Positions 1-11,761 of a stretch of 46,315 bases of DNA are shown piece by piece. Numbering within the stretch: position 1 is the first letter of the stretch; each line of letters begins with the position of its first letter. Source of the stretch: Prasinococcaceae sp. CCMP 1430. Lineage: Eukaryota; Plantae; Prasinodermophyta. The translations under genes and the position numbers were made by a program. The notes beneath the pieces are model-generated. The model saw only the letters and a list, made by a program, of their open reading frames with translations. It was not told the origin of the DNA and searched no databases. The stretch spans positions 161,464 to 207,778 of the forward strand of contig RQSC01000004.1 of the NCBI GenBank assembly GCA_013416795.1. Reading direction: 5' to 3'.

Positions 1-287
1 AACGCCGGGCCGCTCCGCGCAGCGCCGCGCCGGGCCGCGTCGCGCTGGTAGTGGCGGCGCAACCGACGGGAATTGCGCCCGCGGCTGTTTGCGGCTGGGG
101 ACGGCGGAGGTGCCACACCCCGCGGTGTGCGCGGCGAGCGCCGCAGGGAGGCGGGCGGGCACACAGGCACCCCGGTGGTGGAACGGCGGAGGGAGTTGGG
201 AGGAGGCGCACGCGCGATACGTAGGGGGGGAGCTGGAGGCAGCTGTGTGTGTGTAGTGGTGGTGGTGGTGGTGGTGTGTGGGGCAAT

Positions 288-3010
288 ATGGCCGACATAG
301 ACGTGGCATGTGTGGGCGATGCGTGCCCTCGCTTTGACGGCGGGCGCGTGGCAGCCGCCGCGCTGCTACCGACTTCTGGCGGCGGCGGCAGGGGCACGGG
401 CGTGAGCACGCCCGAGCCCGCGCGCCAGTACACTTGGAAGGCGGGCGCACAGCTTCCGCTTGCGCCGCTCGCGGGTATGGCGAGAAGGGCGATCGCCAGG
501 CGGAGTGCACGCAGGCGGGGGGGCACCGTCAAGGCGGCCGCGAGTCCAGGTGAGTGGGAGCGCGCAGAGGAGTGCGTGAGTGAAGGGAGGTTGGACGACG
601 GAGGGAGCAGGGACAGGGCGGTGGCGGTGGCGGCGGTGGTGGAGGCGGCATCGCTTGGACGCCATGTCGTACTTCGTCGGCGCCAAGAACGTCGAGGAGG
701 AGCGCCGCGGGCGCGTAGGTCGCCGGGGATTTGTTCGCAGCCCGCGCGCTGACTTTGGCGCGCACCTGTCCATCGGCGCCGCGGCGCTCACTATCGCCGC
801 CGCCTTCGCGTTGCCCCCAGGGGAAGACGGTGCACTGCTCGCTGTCGCGTTTTCTCGCCAGCTGCTGTTGCCTCAGGCGCTCGGCCTGCAGCACAGTGGC
901 CGTTGGCGATGGCGGTTGGCGCCTTGCGCGCTCCACCTCGGCGCGGACGCCACTCTCCTGCCGCGAGCGCATGCGCGAGCGGTGCGGCAAGGGGAGCGCA
1001 CGCTCGAGATCCAGCCCACCTGCCGCGTGCGGCTCGCCAAGCGCGCGCTCGGCTGTTCTCTGACCTTCCACATGCTTCCGCGGCCGGCATTGGAGCTGAG
1101 CAGGCCGCTCCTACGCCAACCCCCAGCGCCGGCACGGCGCCGAGCAGGACCGCTCGGCGCGGGGGACATCGTGCGCGGCGCGCGCCGGCTGGCGAGCCGC
1201 ATCGCCATCCGGGCGGTCTTGTCACCGCCAGACGACGACAGAACGTACGCGCGCGTGCGCGTGCAACACCCCGCAGGCAACGGGACCGACAAAGGCCGGC
1301 TGCACGACATCGGCTCGCGTGCTGCGCGCGCGCTTCTCCCTGCCGGCGGCATGGCGGTCGCCGCGGGCCCGAGGCTGCGTTTTCATGTCGAGTGGCGCTC
1401 GCCGGAGGACAACATCCGCCTCGGACGCGCGCTCACCGCTGACACGCTCCAGCGAATGGGAGGCCACGGCAACGACCGCGCCCCACACAGCGGTGCGAGT
1501 GCTGCAACGCGCACGCGCGTTGCCAAAGATGGCGTCCTCAATGGCAACCACGTGAGCAACGGCGGGGGTCACAAGATCGAGGCGCAGAGGGCATATTCAG
1601 AAATTGGCGGCAACGCGGGGCAAGAAACCGGGGCACTCTGGGCTGGTGCTCTGCTATCGCTCGCCGCTGAAGTACTGCGACCAGTGGGAATGGCTCTGTC
1701 GAGTGCGCGTGCGTTGGGTGCGGACTCAATCGCGCTCGCGGAGGCACGCGGGATCACGCCCTTCGTGAACGCTGACTCGCGTGTCAACCAAGGGCAGGCG
1801 CCGCGGCGATACTCCGTCTCGGATCTGACCCGTCGCGTTCTCCCTTCGGCACTGCACTTCGACTTCATCCGCTTCGGAAAGACGTTCGAGGGTGGCTCCC
1901 ATGATCACGAAGGTGTCGTGCCCGCGCCCGGCGTGGATGATGCTACGAGCGCCGCGCCGCTCTCGCATGACCTCATCGCGGTTGTAGCGGGGCATTGGAT
2001 CGACCCCTGGGATGAGCCTGGGGCGCCTGGTGAGAGGGAGTTCAATCTCGAGGTCGCGGACAGAGTCGAGAGGCTCCTCAAGGTGTGGCCATAGTCGTGA
2101 TGTGGGCGATTGGCCACTCTTGGCGGTTTGGATTGGGCGCATGGGTGGACGGGTTTGTCGGGAGAGACGAGAGCGCGCGCGTGTGTGGTGGTGATTGCTG
2201 GTGATAGTATTGCCCTGGTGCGCACGCGCGTGCGCATGCTGACCACCCTCGCCTACTGCCGCACACTTCCGTCTATAGGTGGACGGTTGGCGCGTACTCC
2301 GACCGGAGCGTGACGCACCCTCGCTTCGCTGGGAGGACTATCTGCAGTGGGCGGGCGCGCAAAGCAGGCGCGGTGTGCCCGTCCTCGAAATCCACGGGCA
2401 AGGCGCTATGGAGGATGGGCGCTTCTTGCAGGGCGTGCTCGGCACCAGGCGATCGCCGCTCAACGCAGAACTCGCGGAAGAGGTGCGCGCGTGCGCGCGC
2501 TCTGCTCTTGGCGTGGCGTGCTCCCTCGCAGACGCTGCCTCGCGAACGCGCCCGCGTGCGCCTATGCGCGAGCTGACGCACTCGCCCGCGTGCGTGTTGG
2601 GCACCACGCGCACGCCCATTCGCGCGTGCGCAGTTTGGCTTCTTTCCCATGGACTGGCGGGAGCTCGCTCTGCCACGCAAGGGTGGCGTGATTCTGGAGG
2701 CCTTCAACTCAGACGAAGTCCTCGCCATGGGGCCGACAGAGCGTGCGACGCACGCCGACGCAGTGGCCACCAAGGTGAGGCTGCGCTTATGGCATGCGTC
2801 AGATCGCGTGCGCGTGCGAGCTCGTGCACATGCGCACGCTGTCGCGCGGACGCGTTGCTCCCCTGGACACGAGAGTCTGACGTGCGCGCCCATCCGCAGG
2901 TCGTGCTGGCCATTGAACGCGCGAGCATGGATGACAGCTGCCAGACGAGTTTTTGCGAGACCGCTGCAGACCCGACGCCGGAGGAGCGAATCCTCAGGCG
3001 AGGCTGGTGA
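288..3010 (+). CDS. Multi-exon protein (~729 aa) with C-terminal N-acetylmuramoyl-L-alanine amidase (Amidase_3)-like Zn domain
   Basis: Exons 288-549, 611-2082 (617 is an alternative acceptor), 2279-2482, 2634-2774 and 2900-3010 splice in frame with GT-AG sites. Motifs IAVVAGH, GEREFNLEVA..VERLLK, VLEIH and VILEAF give the His/Glu/His/Glu set of Amidase_3. Confidence 0.7.
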
Positions 3011-3159
3011 CAGGGTGCCACCCTCGCTTCGCAACTGCCCCTCGGTAGCGCTCCCGCCTGGTCGCTTGGTTGGGCGGTGCACGCACTGCCCGCGGACGCG
3101 CTCGCGCCGGACGCGTCACGTAAATCGACGTTATTATCGTACAAACATTTCACAGAGTA

Positions 3160-4264
3160 TCAGAGTACCTCGGCGCTCGCACTATGCAGCCGCCGCTGCT
3201 GCCTGCCCTCCTGCCTGCGCCTGCGCCTCGCCAAGCGCCCCACACCGAGCCCCGCGCGCTCGAGCGCCTGGCGGCGCGCGTGCCGCCACGCGCGCTTCCA
3301 CAGCGCGACGATGCACGCGCGGCGCGCCGCCGCCGCACTCGGCCGCGCGTCCGCCCCTAGCGGCGTGGCCGCGTACAGCTCGCCGATCTCGGAGTCGGTC
3401 AGCCAGCGACAGGAGCCCTCTGGCATGCCCTCGTCTGTGAGTGGACCGAAGCGCACCCTGTGCAGGTGCAGCAGCCGGAGCTTGGACCGCGTGCACAGCC
3501 GCCGTATCTGTCGGTTCTTGCCCTCGTTGATGCGAAGGTACAGCTCCGTCGCCCAGCCCCGCTGGTCGCCGTCGGCGGCAGGCGGCCTCTGCCCGGGGCG
3601 CTCTTCATCCGTATCGAGCCTCCTCTGCTCAAGCCTGAGCACCTCCGCCGGCTGCGTGACTTTGCCCTGCACCTCGAGGGGTTCGCTCTGCGGGGGTGGG
3701 CGCGCGGTGTGCGTCAGCGCTCCGCCTCCGCGAGCACTCTGCGCCGCGGGCTGCGCGCCGCGCCCACCCTCGCCAGCGCGCGCCGCGCGCCTCGCCCGCG
3801 CGGCGTTCGTACCAGCCGCATAATCTCCCAGTCGTCGGGCGCCCATCTGCCCCGCAGGGTGAGGCGATACTCCTTGGCGACGTTGGCGGCGGGGTCCTTG
3901 AGCGCCGCGGCCAGGGCCGCGTCGTCTGTCATGAGCATGGTCCCGCTCGTCTCGAAGTCCAGCCGGCCGCTGTGGCCCACGCCCGCAGTCGGAAAGCCGC
4001 GCGCGGCGGCCGTGTCGTAGACATCCCTGCGCGGCGACGACTCGCCCTTCCCCAGGGCCGCGAGGCGCTCGGCGCCGCGCATGCTCAGCACGCGGCGCGG
4101 CTTGACGAGCACGAAGTACCGGAGCTGCCAGCGCGAAGGAAGCTTGCGCGCCAAGTCCCGCGCCCCGCTGCTGTCCCCGCCGCCGCCCGCGCGATGGCCC
4201 TCGGCTCTGCTGCCCTCGCGCGCCCCGCCCTCCGACCCCATGCCGGCCGCGCCGCCGTGGCCGT
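3160..4264 (-). CDS. RNA pseudouridine synthase, RsuA/RluB/E/F family (5' end at ATG 4241 or inside the N-gap)
   Basis: LVKPRRVLS, catalytic GRLDFETSGTMLMTDD, KEYRLT, then intron 3812-3688, then LRINEGKNRQIRRLC..LHLHRVRFGPL. Confidence 0.9.
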
Positions 4265-4823
4265 NNNNNNNNNNNNNNNNNNNNNNNNNNNNNNNNNNNN
4301 NNNNNNNNNNNNNNNNNNNNNNNNNNNNNNNNNNNNNNNNNNNNNNNNNNNNNNNNNNNNNNNNNNNNNNNNNNNNNNNNNNNNNNNNNNNNNNNNNNNN
4401 NNNNNNNNNNNNNNNNNNNNNNNNNNNNNNNNNNNNNNNNNNNNNNNNNNNNNNNNNNNNNNNNNNNNNNNNNNNNNNNNNNNNNNNNNNNNNNNNNNNN
4501 NNNNNNNNNNNNNNNNNNNNNNNNNNNNNNNNNNNNNNNNNNNNNNNNNNNNNNNNNNNNNNNNNNNNNNNNNNNNNNNNNNCGGCGCGCGGGCGTTGAA
4601 CGCGTGGCGCCTGGCGAAGGGCGCTGCGCCCAGCCGCTGCCGCCGCCGCCGAGGGCTTTTGTTCGCGGCGGCCCCGCCGCGCTCGCCACAGTTCTCTCTC
4701 GCGCCGGCCAACTGCTGCGCGGCTGCTGCTTCGCTGCTGCGCGTGTTGTTTCCTACGTGCCGACCCGGGCGACGGCGTCCCCTCAGCGCCAAAGCGACAG
4801 AACATACCCGGCAGATAGACACC

Positions 4824-5681
4824 ATGGTGGACTTCGGAGTGCTGCGCACTCTTCCTTGCGCGCTGCTGCTGGCCGAAATCCTGACGCTCCTGATCAGCTT
4901 TGTGGCCATGGCGACGCAAGAGAGCTTCTCGAACAGCAGCTCCATGCAATACCTGCTCGCAATGGGGATCATTACTTTCGTCGTGTGCCTCGCGCTGCTC
5001 GTTGGTGCGTGGCGACGCCGCGGTCTATGCGCGCACGCGCTGTCCCGCACCCCGCGGCGTGCGCCTGCGCGCGCGCGCGCGCTGACGTGCCCGCTCGCCC
5101 GCCCGCGCTGGCACGCGCGTTCGTGCAAAGGCGGCTACATGATGGGTCTCTTCTCTATCACCGCCTTCGCCGAAGCGTGCGTGTACCTCTTCTTTGCGGT
5201 AATGATCTTCATCGGATTTCTCGCCGGCGCAGTCGCCTGCAACAGATCTGGATCGCCGTGCAAGACCAGCGGGACGAGCGCGCACGCCAATGTGTCTATA
5301 GCCTTCGCCTTCTTCGCCACACTCGGTGCGTGCGTGCTTGCGCAGCCAGTGGGCGCGCGCCGTCCCGACCGCCGTGCTGCAGGCATCGCGCGAGCGTCTC
5401 CTGGAGACGCGTTGTGTTTGTGTGTTTGGAAAGTAAACCTCGCCGCTAACACACGCTGTCTGCTCCCTCTGCGCGCCATCTCGCCCCGCTCCTCGATCCG
5501 AATCCTCGCGATCCCTGCTCGCGCATTCGCCGCCAATTCGGCGCACGGGCCCCGGCGGCTCTCGCTCGGTTCGCCCACAGAGCTCCTCGTGAGTGCGTGG
5601 GTTGCGTACGGCGCCCATCAGGTGGGTGGAGGCATGGGCACGCAAGCTGAGGGCGGCGGCTACGTCGGAGGCTACGCGTGA
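4824..5681 (+). CDS. MARVEL/CASP-like four-TM membrane protein
   Basis: Exons 4824-5004, 5131-5325 and 5581-5681. Four hydrophobic segments, FSNSSSMQYLLAMG and a C..C loop before SIAFAFF, as in CASP-like/MARVEL proteins. Confidence 0.7.
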   Translation: MVDFGVLRTLPCALLLAEILTLLISFVAMATQESFSNSSSMQYLLAMGIITFVVCLALLVGAWRRRGLCAHALSRTPRRAPARARALTCPLARPRWHARSCKGGYMMGLFSITAFAEACVYLFFAVMIFIGFLAGAVACNRSGSPCKTSGTSAHANVSIAFAFFATLGACVLAQPVGARRPDRRAAGIARASPGDALCLCVWKVNLAANTRCLLPLRAISPRSSIRILAIPARAFAANSAHGPRRLSLGSPTELLVSAWVAYGAHQVGGGMGTQAEGGGYVGGYA

Positions 5682-5912
5682 GCGAGCTGCATCAGGACCG
5701 ACCACGCACACTCTAGATGGTGCGATGAAATGAGCGCACGCACGGAACGACTGCAACTGCCGGATGACGCCGCGCGCCGCTCCTCGCAAGCGGCTTGCAA
5801 TAGACCCATCATGATGTCCCCATGCCGGCCAGCGCCAACGTGTGCTGGTGTTATCGAGTATTATGAACTAAAACGACGCCACGTCGCACTCCCTCTACTC
5901 TACCACTAGTCG

Positions 5913-8900
5913 CTAGAAGAGGTCCCTTGTCGCCACGCCGGGGTGGTCGAGCTTGTCGTCGGGCGAGTCCTCCATGACGAGACCCCTGCGGGGCCGCTCG
6001 TCCGGGAGCGCCTTGGTCGGGTGCAGCACCACGGCAGTGGCTGGGTCGACGGGCGCAGGCTCATGGTCCACGTCGATGGCGTCAAGGTCGTCCGGATCAG
6101 GCGCGTCAGTGACGTCCCAGAGCACGGGCCCAAGGGGCTCGTCGTCGTCCGAGTCCTCCGTGGACAGCACGGTGACGTTGTCGATTGCGAGCGCGATCTC
6201 ACAACGCCTGCGCTTGGCGCGCCGCCGCAGGCGCATCACCGCCGTGCGCGAGATGTGTGCGCCGCGCAGGTCGAGCCGCCGCATTCGAGGATGCTCCAGG
6301 GCGACCACGCTCAAGCGGTGGACCGCGTCGGACGCCAGCCGCGCGCAGCCGCTCAAGCCAAACTCCTCGAGCGTGCGGTTGGAGTGCATCGCCTTGGCGA
6401 TGTGGCGCGCGCCCGGCCACTCGAGGAGGTTGCCGCCCAGGTCGATCTTGATCAGTGGCGAGTCCTCCGGAGTGAGCGCGACGTGCAGCTCCTCCACGCC
6501 GGTGCAGCGGATGAAGTTGCCGCGCAGCGTGAGCTCCTCCAGGCGCTTGTTGACGCCCATCGCGCACCAGAGCGCCTTGGCGCCCGCATCTCGCGCAGCG
6601 TTGTAGCTCAGGTCGAGGGCGAGCAGGTGCGTGTTGCTGACGAGCGCCTTGGCGAGCGCCTGGACGCCCTCGGGGCGCAGGCGGCAGCTGCGCACCACCA
6701 GCCGTTCGAGCGTGCCATTCCTGGCGAGCGCCTTGGCCATGACCTCGGCGCCATCCGGTCCCACAGGCATGTCCTCTATGGTGAGGTGCGTGAGCGTGTT
6801 CGGCGGAGCAGGCGCGGGCTTGCTGTACAGCAGCGTGTGCCACTGCCACGTCGCCAGCGGGCTTATCGGCCAGTCGACGAGCTTGTCGAGGGCGACGCTA
6901 ATGGCCTTGCTCGTCGAGCGCAGCTCCTCAAGCGCGCCCATGGCCTCCCACGTGCGGTCGAGCTTGAGGCGGTGGCGCCGGATCTCCTTGTTGCGGTCCT
7001 GCCAGTCAAGCCACAAGTCGCGGCAGTGCTTGTGCTTGGGATCGGCTCTGGTACCCTCGGCGAAATCCAAGGTGGCCTCCAGCTGCGACCCCGCCATCAG
7101 GAACGCGTTGGCGCGCAGCACCCACGCGGCCCCGTCCTTGCCCCCGCTCTGCACGAGCGCCGAGTTGGCAGCGCTGACCGCCTCCTCAAGGATCGCCATG
7201 CGGTTCTTCAGGAGGCGGGCTTCCTCGGCGGCCTGCGCGGCCTTTTTGATTTCTACGCTGAGCTCCACGCCGCGCTTGCCCTGCAGCGACATGCCGCCGT
7301 ACTGCTCGTTCTCGAGAACCATGTCCTCGCGGGTGACGTGGAGGCTCTCCTGCCCCCGAATGTACGGCCGCTTGACTGCCGACTCGACCTCCGTCTCCAG
7401 CTTGCTTTCGGTGCCAACCGCCAGGTTGACGTCGCTGCCACCGCTTGCCTCCTCGGCCGCCTTCTTCTGCTTTCCCTCGCGCCCAGCCTCAGGCTTGGCC
7501 TTCCTCGCACCTTCGCCCTCCTCGGCATCTCCCTCCTGGCATTTGTTTGCGGCGTGCTTGTCTTCTTGCTCATGCTCCCCGCCCTCCTCCTCCTCCCCCT
7601 GCTGCTGCTGCCGCTGGCGGCCTCCGTCATCCCCACCCGCTGCGGGCGCGGGATCGTCGGTGTGAGCGTCCACCGTCGCCTCGCAGGCGTCGTCTTCCCC
7701 AACCCGGATCGCCCCTAGCGCCTCCGTCGCCTTCCCGGCCGCCTCCCGAGCCTCCTCCTCCGCCTTGGCCTTGGCCGACTCCGCGTCGGTCTCGGCCGCC
7801 AGCCGTCTCTTCCGTTCCTCTTCGGCGAGCTCGTTGGCAAGGCGCAGGGCGGCGCGCGAGCGCCACGCGTGCGCCTCGGCATTGAAGCGATCCTTGCCCG
7901 TCGCGAGGCGGTAGCGCACGAGCGCGCCGGCGCTGTCGCCGCGGTTGTACAGAAGGCGCCCCTCGTTGATAAGGCTCGCACACGCGGCCCGGTTCTCCGC
8001 ACTCTCCTGCACCTCGCTCTCGAGGTTGGCCAGGACGACTTCCTCCTCCGCGCGCTCTCGGTCGTGCTGCGCCATCACTGCGCGCGAACGCTGGCGCCTG
8101 AGCGCCTCTTGCGACTCCAGGCCGGCCTGCCCGAGCGCCACCAGGATGCCCGTGCTCCTCGGAGGTGGGGTGAACCAGCTCAGCCGCGTCTCAGCGGCGG
8201 CCGCGTCCACCTTCTCCACACAGGTGAGCCACCTGCGCACGGGCTCGACGAGGCCCGTGGTGGACCACACCAGGCCGCCACCGTTTTGCAGGTGCCACCA
8301 GGTGATTCCGAAGAGGTGCGGGATGTGCTCCTCGAGGTCGAACGGCTGCTTGTCGGTTGTCTCGTCCGAGTGGTCGCCCACCACCACGGCGTGGGGGAAC
8401 TGGTTCAGCCCCTCGAGCGCCTCCCACGGCGGCAGCTCGCTCGGATTCTCGTCGTCGTTTCGCAGCCGCTCGATGAGTTCCTCGTCCACCTTCATTGGAA
8501 AGTGCGAGCACAGGGTCTCCGCGCCGCCGCCGACGCCCATCAGCAGCGCGCCGTGCCCCCAGCGCCACTTGATCTGCTCGTGCACGGCTGCATCCATGCA
8601 GAGCTCCAGCCTCATCTTAAAGGTCTTGGCATCGCGCCCAGCCAGGCAGATGAGGTCGCTCTCCTCGAGGTGCGCTCGCTCGGCAGGGCTGGGGCCCGGG
8701 ATGAGACCGAGGGAGTCCTTGGAGCAGCGGCACTTGATGTGGCGGCACTGGCGCGGCCCGATGCCAATGAGCTCCATGCAGCGGACGAAGTGGTCGTACT
8801 CCTCGGCGTCGTCGCCTGCGCGCGCGCGGGAGGATTGCGGGGGTGTGGGGGGATGAGAGGGTGAGCGCGCCGCGCAGACGGGCGTTGGCGGGCGCCAACA

Positions 8901-9622
8901 CAGCGCGCATGCACTCCGCGTCGGGTCGCGGCGCGCCAGCGGCGCCGGTCACTCACCCGAGCCCCAGTTGAGGAAGGCCACGCGCATGCCCTCCCAGTCG
9001 TCCTCTCCCGTCGCCGTCTCGCGGCGCGGGAGCTCGCAGCGCACGCGCTGCGCCCACGGCAGGCCGGCCGTCGAGGCCTCGTCCACCCACTCGAGAAGGT
9101 CCAGCGACTCCATGAGGACCACGGGAGACGGCGGCAGCGCCACGTCGCGGAACGTGTTCTTGGCCTCCTCGCGCCACTGGCAGGGGCAGCCGCCGCCCGG
9201 CGGGGCGTGCAGTTTCGTTCATCGGTGTCAGAGCGCGAGGAGCGCGCGGGCGTGCGCACACGTGGCACGCGCATGCGCGTGCGGCGGAGCGCGGGCGCCC
9301 GGGCGTGGGTTGTCGCGTGTCAAGCCGTGCGCTCGCCGCCACGGCCGCCGCCCCCGCACGCGCCCCGCGGCGCCCACAGCCGCCTCACCTTGAGGTAGGC
9401 GAGCCAGTCCTCGATGCGCACATTCTTCGGTTTGGGCAGCTTGATCTTAGAGAGGTCCGTCTTCTCACTCCTCCTCTTCTCCTCCTCCTTGTCCTCCCCC
9501 TCGGCCTGCTCGTCCGCAACTACGCGAGCGCGAAGCACGGGGTCCTGCTCACCGCCGGCGCTCGCGGGCGCCTCCAGCGGCTCGTCGCCCTTGGCAGCGG
9601 CGCTGGGTCCCACCTGTGCCAT
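5913..9622 (-). CDS. Large TPR + coiled-coil + RNI-like leucine-rich-repeat protein
   Basis: Exons 9622-9389, 9176-8957 and 8815-5913 splice in frame. TPR-like segments (EGRLLYNRGDSAGALVRYRLA; AWVLRANAFL) and repeated LxxLDLSYN / LEELTLRGNFI / IDLGGN RNI-type LRRs. Confidence 0.8.
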
Positions 9623-9862
9623 GGCTGGCGCGCGAGAGAGGGCTCGCGCGCCACGCGTGCGCGAGGCCAACCAACCGACTGACTTGAAGTTGAAGAAGAA
9701 GAATCAACAACGCAGCGCGTGCCGCGCGCGCGCGCGCCTGCTCCGCGCCTGCTCCGGGGCGGGGCGACGGGGAAAGGGCGGACGCAGGGCGTGCCACACG
9801 ACGCCTCGCGCACAGATCATCAAGCACAGTAGCCACCGCCGACCCACCCCGCCTCAGCAACC

Positions 9863-10600
9863 ATGGGCGCCGAGTACACCTTCGCGAAGTTCCTCCTCGG
9901 CATGTGCGTGCGCGAGCGGCGGTGGGAGCGCCGCCGAAAGCGCGCGTGCCGGGCCGGGCGGAGCGCGCCTCGCTTGGCGCGCGCGGCGTCCGGCGCGCCT
10001 GGGCCGCGCGTAGCTGACTGGCCAGCGCGCGCTCTGCGACGCGCGGTGTCTCCAACCCCCCGTCCCCCGTTCCCGCGGGCGCGATCCGACAGGTTCGGCT
10101 TCTTCTCCGTGGGCATGTTCGTGTCGCAGTCGTACATGTACGGGCCGGACTCGCCCCTCGGCTTCCCCATGGTGAGAGCCGGCTTGCGGGCGAGCGAGCG
10201 AAGCGAAGCGCGAGCGCGCACCATGCCGGCGCCGGCGCCGCACCGTGCTGACGACGACCCCCCACCACCCCCACCCCCACTCCCACCCCCACCCCCTGTG
10301 CGCGCGCAGATCTACTGGACCACGGCGTCGGACCACCCCATCACCGAGTGGTGGTCGCGCATCGTCGGTGTGCTCTTCCTCTCGTTCCTGTCCGGCCCGT
10401 TCGCGTTCGGCGCCGATATCTGGGTGCACCTTAAGCAGACCATGGTCGCGATGACCGGTCTCCTCGTATGCATTGTCTACATCAACGTACTGTACCCCGA
10501 GCTGTGCGCCGTCATGTGGAAGCCCCAGATCGTGCTGCAGATTGGCATCGTCGCGTACAACGCCAAGCTGCTGACGGTCGCCCATGCCAAGACCGTGTAG
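9863..10600 (+). CDS. Small (~136 aa) multi-pass membrane protein of unknown function
   Basis: Exons 9863-9903, 10093-10171 and 10310-10600. Strong C/G third-position bias and about 4 hydrophobic helices. Confidence 0.75.
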   Translation: MGAEYTFAKFLLGMCVRERRWERRRKRACRAGRSAPRLARAASGAPGPRVADWPARALRRAVSPTPRPPFPRARSDRFGFFSVGMFVSQSYMYGPDSPLGFPMVRAGLRASERSEARARTMPAPAPHRADDDPPPPPPPLPPPPPVRAQIYWTTASDHPITEWWSRIVGVLFLSFLSGPFAFGADIWVHLKQTMVAMTGLLVCIVYINVLYPELCAVMWKPQIVLQIGIVAYNAKLLTVAHAKTV

Positions 10601-11059
10601 GCCACCTCCGACGAATGAGCGGGTGGGTGGGCAGCGCGGAAGGGCGGCGCGGGCGCACGGCTCGGCCTGCGAGGCGTCCGGCGGCGAGCCGCGCAGCACC
10701 GCGCGTCCGCGCCAGCGAGCGGCCGCCCCATTGACACAGGCCTGCTGCGCCTGACCACCCAAGGGAACGCGAAAGCTGAGCGCGGCCGCGCATCGAAATG
10801 AAAGTAAAATTCAGCCACAAATCCTTCCGAGGTGGGCGCCGGCTGGCGCTCGCAGCGACGCCCCGTGGCCATGCTGCGCGGCGAGAGCGAGCGCCAGCGC
10901 GATTTCGACGTTTACGCATGCCATCTCTCAGACCGTGAGCGCGGCGGAGCAAGTCTTGAGCTGCCCCGCCGCGCAGCTTCGTCGCGCCCGCGTCGCGCCC
11001 AACGCCCGTCCTCCGACTCTGCGCACCCGTCCCGGCCATCGTCGCGACCCAGCTCATGG

Positions 11060-11761
11060 TCAATCCTCCTCATCGAAGTCATCTTCCCCATCGTAGTCCC
11101 CCTCATCCTCAAGATCGTAATCGTCGTCGTAATCATTCATCCGGTCGATCTCTTCCTGCTCGTGGTCAAAGTACTTGTCGGTGGGCTTGACGCGCCTCAC
11201 CACCGGCTCCTCCAACCGCTCATAGTCGACAATCTCGCGACCATCGGCGTCGCGCACCCAGACGTCGAATCCAAAGTCCTCAATGAGCTTCCGGCGTGAC
11301 CAGTGGTGCGCCCAGGCGATCTCATAGTACCCCCTGCTCGCCCAGCACAGGGTGCGGTGGTGGAGGTGCGGGTCGCCATTGCAATCCCCCACGCACCCAC
11401 TAATCGACGCCGAGCGAAAGATTCGCTCCGCGTCGAGGCGCAGCCGCGCGTGCTCGTCATCGGCGACCGCGCCGCGTGCTGCCTTGCTGACGGCCGCGAG
11501 GCGCGCCAGCGCGTACAGGTCGAGCTCGGCCAGCAGCAGCGTGCGCACGGGCGCGCATCTCGCCATCAGTGCCTCCAGCTTTGAGGGCGCGTCCGGCGCA
11601 TTGCCGGGCTTAGGCAGCGCTTTCCCCTGCTGCTGCCGCAGCCTGCGCTCTTCCCGCTGGGCGGCGTCGCGGACGGGGATTTTGATGGACTTGAGGTCGG
11701 CGGCGCGCTTGAGGTCGGCGGCGCGCTTCGACTGCGACTTTTTCCGCGCCTTGCCGCCCAT
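11060..11761 (-). CDS. Hypothetical protein with basic N-terminus, F-box-like segment and acidic D/E tail
   Basis: ORF from MGGKARKK. LLLAELDLYALARLAAVSKAAR resembles an F-box. Ends DYDDDYDLEDEGDYDGEDDFDEED. Confidence 0.6.
   Translation of the reverse strand: MGGKARKKSQSKRAADLKRAADLKSIKIPVRDAAQREERRLRQQQGKALPKPGNAPDAPSKLEALMARCAPVRTLLLAELDLYALARLAAVSKAARGAVADDEHARLRLDAERIFRSASISGCVGDCNGDPHLHHRTLCWASRGYYEIAWAHHWSRRKLIEDFGFDVWVRDADGREIVDYERLEEPVVRRVKPTDKYFDHEQEEIDRMNDYDDDYDLEDEGDYDGEDDFDEED

Noticed and set aside
5943-8864. Long antisense ORFs opposite real genes (also 16674-18485 and 23443-24900)
   Set aside because: Expected shadow frames at high GC3, with no recognisable motifs.
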